The translations under genes were made by a program, and so were the position numbers. The notes under the pieces are model-generated. The model made no database searches, was not told the DNA's origin, and saw nothing but the letters and a program-made list of their open reading frames with translations. A stretch of DNA of 64,000 bases from a virus (taxonomy: Duplodnaviria > Caudoviricetes): the IMG/VR virus record IMGVR_UViG_3300025129_000005. One strand, 5' to 3'. Positions 57,291-64,000 of the stretch are shown piece after piece. Each line of letters starts with the position of its first letter. Positions within the stretch are counted from its first letter, which is position 1.

Positions 57291-60200
57291 ATGGCTGATA
57301 CATTATATAAGTTTTACGTAAGAAACACAACAGATGATGGTTGGGTTAATATCCTAACAGAAGATAACATAAGTGTTGTCGATTCTAATAATATATTTTT
57401 GGGTAATAGATTAGATGAGGTTCTATATGAACTTAACACAAAATTAGAAAGCATTGATGGTGGTGGACCTGGATGGGATGGAAGTCCTGTACATATCATA
57501 GAAACAGGAAATACATCAGGTTTTAATGATAACACTGCTTCCTTCTCAACAGAAGGGGGCGCTACTATATTTTTGGATGCTAACATTGGCGGTAATCTCG
57601 GAGTTCAAGGAACATCATCTTTTAGTGGTGATATGACCCTTGTAGGATCTGATATTAATATCGGTGGTGATATATTTTCTGTTGTGAACATTTCAGGTGA
57701 TGGCACTGGTGACATTGATGGATTTGTTAATGCAACAGTAACTGGTACTATAGAAGGTAATGTCCTTATTGTAACAGGAACCGTAAAATCCGATCTCATT
57801 CCCGATGAGACTGATATGTATGACCTTGGTTCTAGTGGGGTGGTATGGAATAACATCTACGCTGCAATATATAACGGTGATCTTAAAGGTAATATTCGTA
57901 ACGGAAACGATACAATAATTCTTACTGTTGGTGATGATCTTACTCCTGCTGAATTCATAGGTAATGTTACAGGTAGTGTAACCGGCGATTTGATAGGTAA
58001 TGTCACAGGTGATGTTACTGGTAGTATTTTAAATACTGACCTGACTGTGATCCTTGATTCTGGTGATGATTTGATTCCTGCCATATTTACAGGTAACGTT
58101 ACCGGCGATTTGACCGGTAACGTTACCGGAAACATTATTGGTGATGTGACCGGTGATCTTACAGGAAATATACTATCCGATGGTGGTCAGTTAGTTATAA
58201 ACAATGGTACCGATGGTACGGATGCATTCTTTATCGGCGCTTTAACAGGAAATGTTACAGGTGATGTAACAGGTGATGTAACAGGTGACACTTTTGGTTT
58301 TCATACAGGTGATGTTACAGGTGATGTTACAGGTGATACTTTTGGTCTTCACACAGGTAACGTTATCGGTGATGTAACTGGTGACACTAACGGTCTCCAT
58401 ACTGGTAACGTGAGTGGTTATATTCTAGCATCAAATAATATTTCTGTAATTCTTGATAACGGTACCAATGGAACCGATGCTACATTTTATGGTGACGTAA
58501 CCGGTAATGTAACCGGTGACCTTACTGGTGACATTTTTAATGTTGACGATACTTTAATTTTCACCTCTGGTAGCAACGGGGTTCCTGCAGAATTTATTGG
58601 TAATGTAACAGGTGATTTAACTGGTGACACTAACGGTCTTCATACAGGAAATGTTACAGGTGATGTAACAGGTGATACTTTTGGTCTTCACACAGGTAAC
58701 GTTATCGGTGATGTAACTGGTGACACCAGTGGTCTTCATACTGGCGATGTTATTGGTAATGTGGATGGTAATCTCGAAGGTGATGTAACTGGTAACACTA
58801 ACGGTCTTCATACAGGTAATGTTATAGGAGATGTCACTGGTGATGTCACTGGTAACACTAACGGTCTCCATACCGGTAATGTTATAGGAGATGTTTTTTC
58901 CTCAGATGGTATTAATAAGATATTAGATAACGGTACCAATGGAACCGATGCCACCTTTGTGGGAACAACCACAGGTTATCATAATGGTAATGTGACAGGA
59001 AATGTAGTTGCGTCCGATGCCCCCTATCCTATTATTCTCAATAACGGAACAGATGGGACAGATGCAACTTTTCAGGGCGATGTATTAAATTCCGATTCAT
59101 CAATAGTTGTGAATGTTGGCTCTAATGCAATTCCAGCCGAATTTACCGGTAATTTAATAGGTAATGTTAATGGAAATACAGTAGGCGTCCATACAGGAGA
59201 ATCAAATGGTCTTCATACAGGTGATGTCACTGGTGATGTAACAGGTGATACTTTTGGTATCCATACAGGTAACGTTGTTGGTAACGTATCAGGTGACACC
59301 AGTGGTCTCCATACCGGGAACGTTGTTGGTAATGTAACAGGTGCAACTAACGGTCTTCATACCGGTAATGTTGTTGGTAATGTGACAGGTAACCTCGAAG
59401 GTGACGTAACCGGAGATTTAACTGGTGATACTTTTGGTACTCATACTGGTAGTGTTTTTGGTGATGTTACAGGTAACCTTAGCGGGGACACTGTCGGTAC
59501 GCATACCGGTAGTGTTATAGGTAATGTATCTGGAAATTTGACGGGTAATGTTACTGGTGATCTTGACGGTAATGTATTGAATGAAGATCTCACCATAATC
59601 CTTTCTTCTGGTTCTGATGTAACTCCTGCGGTGTTCGTTGGTAATGTGACAGGGAACGTGACAGGAACGTTAAATGGAAACTCAAACGGTCTTCATACAG
59701 GTAATGTCACTGGTGATGTAACTGGTGATACTTTTGGTATCCATACAGGTGATGTCGTTGGTAATCTCACTGGAGCATCAAATGGTCTTCATACTGGCGA
59801 CGTTATTGGTAACACTAATGGTCTTCATACAGGTAATGTTGTTGGTAATGTAACAGGTAATACTACTGGTAATATTCTTTCTGATAACGGCTTGGTGACA
59901 ATACTTAGTAACGGAGTATCACCTGATGGTGCTGATGCTATCTTTGTTGGTAGTGTAAACGGTAATGTAACAGGTAATACCTCGGGTATACATACAGGAA
60001 AAGTGGTAGGCGACCTTGACGGTAATGTATTAAACGAAGATCTCACCATAATTCTTTCTTCTGGTTCTGATGTAACTCCTGCAATTTTTGTTGGTAATGT
60101 TACAGGGAACGTGACCGGTGATCTTGATGGTGATGTAAACGGTAACGTTACAGGCAACACTTTTGGTATACATACCGGAGATGTTACAGGTAACGTAACT

Positions 60201-63200
60201 GGTGATACTTTCGGTTCACATACAGGCTCGACCAATGGTCTTCACACAGGTAATGTCGTTGGTAATGTAACAGGTGACACCACAGGAACACACATAGGAC
60301 CTGTTACCGGAGATGTTACAGGTAATCTTGTTGCGGCTATGACAACTGCCCATGATATGTCGGTTAGTGACATAGATGCTGTTAGTGTAACAACAGGTTC
60401 ACTCTCAACCTCATCTGTTAATTCAAGTTTCATCCCTTCAAGTCCTTTTAACTTGGGTTCAGCTGTTAATTCTTGGGGTGATTTACATATTAGTAGAATA
60501 TTAGGTGCTGTTAATATAGAATCGACCGTTGCCACAATTGGAACATTAAACGTATCTTCGATTAGCGGCGCAACTCTGACAGGATCATTTATAGGAAATT
60601 TAACAGGTGACGTTGATGCTGATATGGTTACAGCAAACACTTTGACAGGAAATTTCAATGGTAATATTGAGGGTGATACGACTCAGGTGACTTCTGGATG
60701 GGATCTGGTTAACGGAGTGGGATCAGCTAATGCGTTTGATGTTGTCGGTGGAGTTAGTATCGGAAAAAATTTAACAGTATCAGAAAGTGTTATGGTTGGT
60801 GGGGGTGTTACTGTAACAGGTGACGTTTTAGCGAATAATCTAGACTTTGCTAATTTCAACTCAGATATCATACCTGTCACTGATGATACATACAATTTAG
60901 GGTCTCCTACTCATAGATGGTCAAGCGTAAACGCGAATCAAATAACTGTTGATACCTTAGCGTTTAGCTTACTGTCCGGTGATATCATGGGTGACGTTCA
61001 ATCTGGGAATGGTGATATCGTTCTTGATAACGGGGTTGACGGAACCGATGCAACTTTTCAGGGTGATATAATTTCTCCTGATGGGACGACAATCTTTAGT
61101 AACGGTGATCTTATTGATGGTTCTGATTCTTTATTAACAAGTAATGTAATAGGTAATGTAACAGGGGGTATTACGGCAACTTCACTGAATGTTACTGGTA
61201 ATATCACATCAAATATTATACCGAATGTTACAAACACCTATACATTAGGTGACAATACCCATAGATGGGCTAATGTATATACCGGAACAATAACATCAGG
61301 GACAATTATTTCTACAAGCATCATAGGTACTGTTATTGGCGATTTAACTGGTGATTTGATTGCTATAACAACAAATGCTGTTAATATAACAACAACAGGT
61401 GATATTAATGTTGGTGGGACGTTAACATCTGATATTATTATAACACCACAACTTGACGGTAATATCAAGGGTAATATTTTAAATTCTGATGATGTTTTCA
61501 TTTTTAACAGTGGCGGTAATGGAAATGATGCTGAGTATACAGGCAACGTAACCGGTGATATAAGGTCTGGTAACGGTGTTGTTATATTAGATAACGGGTC
61601 TGATGGTACTGATGCAGTTTTTGTAGGTAATCTAACAAAGACAACAGGTGTTAGTGTTACGAGTGTATCAAACTCAGTGGATCAATATACAGGCGCTCTT
61701 AGGGTTGCTGGTGGTATTTCACTGGAAAAAGATATATGGATTGGAGGAACTGCACACGTTCTTGGTTCATTCATACTCTCAGGTGCATTCAGTGTCCCTT
61801 ATGCCACGATAGTTCAGGCTGAAATTACAAGTACAGCATCATCATTTGATAAAAATACAGGGGCTTTGGTTCTTACACACGGAGGTCTTGGTGTTGAAGA
61901 AAATGCCAACATAGGCGGTTACGTCACTATAGGCGAAACTCTCGATGTCATTGGTTCTACATATCTTCACAGCACGTTAAGAGTTGACGGTTCTGTTGAT
62001 ATAAACAATTACATTGACATAGATATAACTGGCGCTCCGGGTGACGCATTTTCACTTAACACTGATGGTTCTGTTACATTCGTTAACAATTCGTTTGATA
62101 TAGACAGTAACGATGTGATTGGTATTGATACAGACACAACCCTTACACTAACAGGTACAACTAATCTCGATATAAATGGTGGAGATGTAACTTTTGACAG
62201 CACTGGAACTATGGTTATAGGTTCTATAGGGTCAACTACTATAACATCGGGTGATACTTACAGTATAACCGCAGATAATCAACTTAACATCACAAGTACA
62301 GTTGGAGATTTGTGGTTGTATTCTGGTGACAATTTTAAAGTGGTAGGCTATAACACACTTAATATTGAAAGTCCTGTCTCAACCATCGGATTAAATAATA
62401 CTCAACTTCTTAACATAACTTCCAAGGTTAATAGTAATATTATACCAAGCGGTACAAATACGTTAGATATTGGTGGTGTTGGAGAAGCTTGGAGAGATTT
62501 TTATGTTAACAGAGTATTAGTTGAAGGTGGTAACACAACAACTAATAACAACACAGGAGACGTTATTGTTATCGGTGGTATTGCGACCCAGAATAATTTA
62601 TGGGTTGATGGTAACACTGATATCATTGGAACACTTGATGTTGTAAGTAATACAACTATTGGTGGAACACTTGATGTTGTAAGTAATACAACTATTGGTG
62701 GAACACTTGATATATCTGGCATCACAACCATAACAAATACAACACAATCAGTAGATGTTGCTACAGGTGCGTTGGTTGTTGATGGTGGTGTGGGTATAGC
62801 GAAAAATGTATTCATAGGTGGTAATATAGAAGCCGGTGATATTACGGCACATATAAGTTTTCATGGTCAATTAATCGGAAATGTCATTGGTAATGTTACA
62901 GGAACTCTTGATGGTGATCTTCTCAACATGGTGACACATGGTGTTGCAATGGAGCTTGCTGATTATTTAGCTGTTGGTACATCACTAAGTGTTAATGGTA
63001 TCTCAACACTAAATGATGATCTTTATGTTGATGGTAATACAACAGTTACCGGTAATTTAGATGTTATTGGTGATCTTATTGTTCAGGGAACTCAGACAAT
63101 AATTAACACCGAAACTATAACTTTACAAGATAATATGATCATCTTAAATAATGGTCAAACTGGTATTCCATCTACATCACTGGTATCAGGATTTGAAGTT

Positions 63201-63863
63201 AATCGTGGAACAGAAGATAATTATAGATTTATGTTCCGTGAAACTGATGACACTTTCCGTGTTGGTGCCGGGTTCTTATCAATAGAAGTTTCGCCGGGTG
63301 AAGGGGCTTTATTCCAAGTTGGTGAATTGGTAACAGATATAACCACAGGTGCTTCTGGTACTGTAATATTAATTACAGGTGATATTCTTGATATTAATAA
63401 AACAGCCAATACAGCTGATTTTGTAAACGGAAACACTATTGATAGTGCAAGTGTAGGAGCATCATCAACTATAGTATCAGTTATATATGGTGATCAAACA
63501 CAAGCTGTTGCGACAAGAGAGGATGTACCTCTTGATACTGGTATTGCGACATGGGATTCATCACAACAAATGTTTGTCGCCCTTTTATGGGAAACAGCGA
63601 CTGATGCAATGGAGTTGATTCTTGGTCGTAAATATATTGTTGATGATTCAGTTTCCACGTTAACATTACCTGCATCACCGTCAGAGGTCGGGCAAATTGT
63701 GACATTAAAAGACCTTGATGGTGTTTGGTTTTCTAACCCGGTAACACTAGGATCAAATGGTAACAACATTATGGGATCTGTACAAGATATAATTCTTAAT
63801 GTCACAGGTGATACCCTTGAATTAGTGTGGTCTGGTAATGTTCAGGGATGGATAATTTTATAA
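57291..63863 (+). CDS. Long tail fibre protein (2190 aa)
   Basis: Extensive G(D/N)VT/GLHT tetrapeptide repeats; C-terminal LTLPASP..GQ.V...D..G.W..NPVT...WII domain like T4 long-fibre repeats. Confidence 0.8.
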   Translation: MADTLYKFYVRNTTDDGWVNILTEDNISVVDSNNIFLGNRLDEVLYELNTKLESIDGGGPGWDGSPVHIIETGNTSGFNDNTASFSTEGGATIFLDANIGGNLGVQGTSSFSGDMTLVGSDINIGGDIFSVVNISGDGTGDIDGFVNATVTGTIEGNVLIVTGTVKSDLIPDETDMYDLGSSGVVWNNIYAAIYNGDLKGNIRNGNDTIILTVGDDLTPAEFIGNVTGSVTGDLIGNVTGDVTGSILNTDLTVILDSGDDLIPAIFTGNVTGDLTGNVTGNIIGDVTGDLTGNILSDGGQLVINNGTDGTDAFFIGALTGNVTGDVTGDVTGDTFGFHTGDVTGDVTGDTFGLHTGNVIGDVTGDTNGLHTGNVSGYILASNNISVILDNGTNGTDATFYGDVTGNVTGDLTGDIFNVDDTLIFTSGSNGVPAEFIGNVTGDLTGDTNGLHTGNVTGDVTGDTFGLHTGNVIGDVTGDTSGLHTGDVIGNVDGNLEGDVTGNTNGLHTGNVIGDVTGDVTGNTNGLHTGNVIGDVFSSDGINKILDNGTNGTDATFVGTTTGYHNGNVTGNVVASDAPYPIILNNGTDGTDATFQGDVLNSDSSIVVNVGSNAIPAEFTGNLIGNVNGNTVGVHTGESNGLHTGDVTGDVTGDTFGIHTGNVVGNVSGDTSGLHTGNVVGNVTGATNGLHTGNVVGNVTGNLEGDVTGDLTGDTFGTHTGSVFGDVTGNLSGDTVGTHTGSVIGNVSGNLTGNVTGDLDGNVLNEDLTIILSSGSDVTPAVFVGNVTGNVTGTLNGNSNGLHTGNVTGDVTGDTFGIHTGDVVGNLTGASNGLHTGDVIGNTNGLHTGNVVGNVTGNTTGNILSDNGLVTILSNGVSPDGADAIFVGSVNGNVTGNTSGIHTGKVVGDLDGNVLNEDLTIILSSGSDVTPAIFVGNVTGNVTGDLDGDVNGNVTGNTFGIHTGDVTGNVTGDTFGSHTGSTNGLHTGNVVGNVTGDTTGTHIGPVTGDVTGNLVAAMTTAHDMSVSDIDAVSVTTGSLSTSSVNSSFIPSSPFNLGSAVNSWGDLHISRILGAVNIESTVATIGTLNVSSISGATLTGSFIGNLTGDVDADMVTANTLTGNFNGNIEGDTTQVTSGWDLVNGVGSANAFDVVGGVSIGKNLTVSESVMVGGGVTVTGDVLANNLDFANFNSDIIPVTDDTYNLGSPTHRWSSVNANQITVDTLAFSLLSGDIMGDVQSGNGDIVLDNGVDGTDATFQGDIISPDGTTIFSNGDLIDGSDSLLTSNVIGNVTGGITATSLNVTGNITSNIIPNVTNTYTLGDNTHRWANVYTGTITSGTIISTSIIGTVIGDLTGDLIAITTNAVNITTTGDINVGGTLTSDIIITPQLDGNIKGNILNSDDVFIFNSGGNGNDAEYTGNVTGDIRSGNGVVILDNGSDGTDAVFVGNLTKTTGVSVTSVSNSVDQYTGALRVAGGISLEKDIWIGGTAHVLGSFILSGAFSVPYATIVQAEITSTASSFDKNTGALVLTHGGLGVEENANIGGYVTIGETLDVIGSTYLHSTLRVDGSVDINNYIDIDITGAPGDAFSLNTDGSVTFVNNSFDIDSNDVIGIDTDTTLTLTGTTNLDINGGDVTFDSTGTMVIGSIGSTTITSGDTYSITADNQLNITSTVGDLWLYSGDNFKVVGYNTLNIESPVSTIGLNNTQLLNITSKVNSNIIPSGTNTLDIGGVGEAWRDFYVNRVLVEGGNTTTNNNTGDVIVIGGIATQNNLWVDGNTDIIGTLDVVSNTTIGGTLDVVSNTTIGGTLDISGITTITNTTQSVDVATGALVVDGGVGIAKNVFIGGNIEAGDITAHISFHGQLIGNVIGNVTGTLDGDLLNMVTHGVAMELADYLAVGTSLSVNGISTLNDDLYVDGNTTVTGNLDVIGDLIVQGTQTIINTETITLQDNMIILNNGQTGIPSTSLVSGFEVNRGTEDNYRFMFRETDDTFRVGAGFLSIEVSPGEGALFQVGELVTDITTGASGTVILITGDILDINKTANTADFVNGNTIDSASVGASSTIVSVIYGDQTQAVATREDVPLDTGIATWDSSQQMFVALLWETATDAMELILGRKYIVDDSVSTLTLPASPSEVGQIVTLKDLDGVWFSNPVTLGSNGNNIMGSVQDIILNVTGDTLELVWSGNVQGWIIL

Positions 63864-63884
63864 ATAAAGAGTAGGAGATAATAT

Positions 63885-64000
63885 ATGTTATACCTGAGTA
63901 ATTTTAAGACGTACCCGAAGGTTGTTACAAATAACCAAACGTCAGGTACCGTGACTATTGACTCGCTTGATGCGAGTATGTATAGGATGATTAAATATGA
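63885..64000 (+). CDS. Partial late gene (runs off the window)
   Basis: TATAAATA at 63859, AGGAG RBS, MLYLSNFKTYPKVV... open to the end. Confidence 0.6.
   Translation, partial: MLYLSNFKTYPKVVTNNQTSGTVTIDSLDASMYRMIKY

Noticed and set aside
57314-63805. Many antisense and alternate-frame ORFs (e.g. within the tail fibre, 44663-45038, 48959-49330)
   Set aside because: Shadows of repetitive or codon-biased genes, without RBS or motifs.
1-64000. Genome-wide stop-codon reassignment (TGA or TAG) as the explanation for the TGA at 11509
   Set aside because: TGA ends many genes in ATGA overlaps (e.g. 2621, 29515, 37588) and TAG ends others (53622, 57088), so any readthrough must be site-specific.

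Overview
The window is an AT-rich segment of a large T4-like (jumbo) tailed phage genome in standard code 11. It has no CRISPR array, rRNA or recognisable tRNA. Late modules sit behind T4-type TATAAATA promoters and include a gp4-like head-completion nuclease, a gp2-like DNA end protector, a 2190-aa tail fibre and four beta-helix-like paralogs. They alternate with early accessory islands behind sigma70-like promoters (DRB0094-family RNA ligase, RtcB, ClpP, PPP phosphatase, DHH phosphoesterase, DNA methyltransferase, NADAR and many small ORFs, several frameshifted). Top finding: two separately called ORFs (11509-12345 and 10720-11166) form one 542-codon gene split by a single in-frame TGA. A GC-rich hairpin follows 12 nt downstream, and its apex GCAGGUCUG matches the E. 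coli fdhF SECIS, making this a candidate phage selenoprotein or selenium-gated readthrough. About 20 late genes share a T4 capsid-targeting-like leader, M(K/R)(F/L)xx(Y/F)(L/I)xE. They include a tandem array of six ADP-ribosyltransferase-like paralogs, a RimK-protease fusion, a kinase, a HAD phosphatase and an NDT-like protein, which suggests a packaged and injected enzyme cocktail. Also notable are an output-less PAS-GAF sensor next to a holin-like gene, an actin-like ATPase, a CxxCH putative cytochrome c and a 1.6-kb non-coding block with NrdR-box-like palindromes. All family assignments come from motif reading only; no searches were run.
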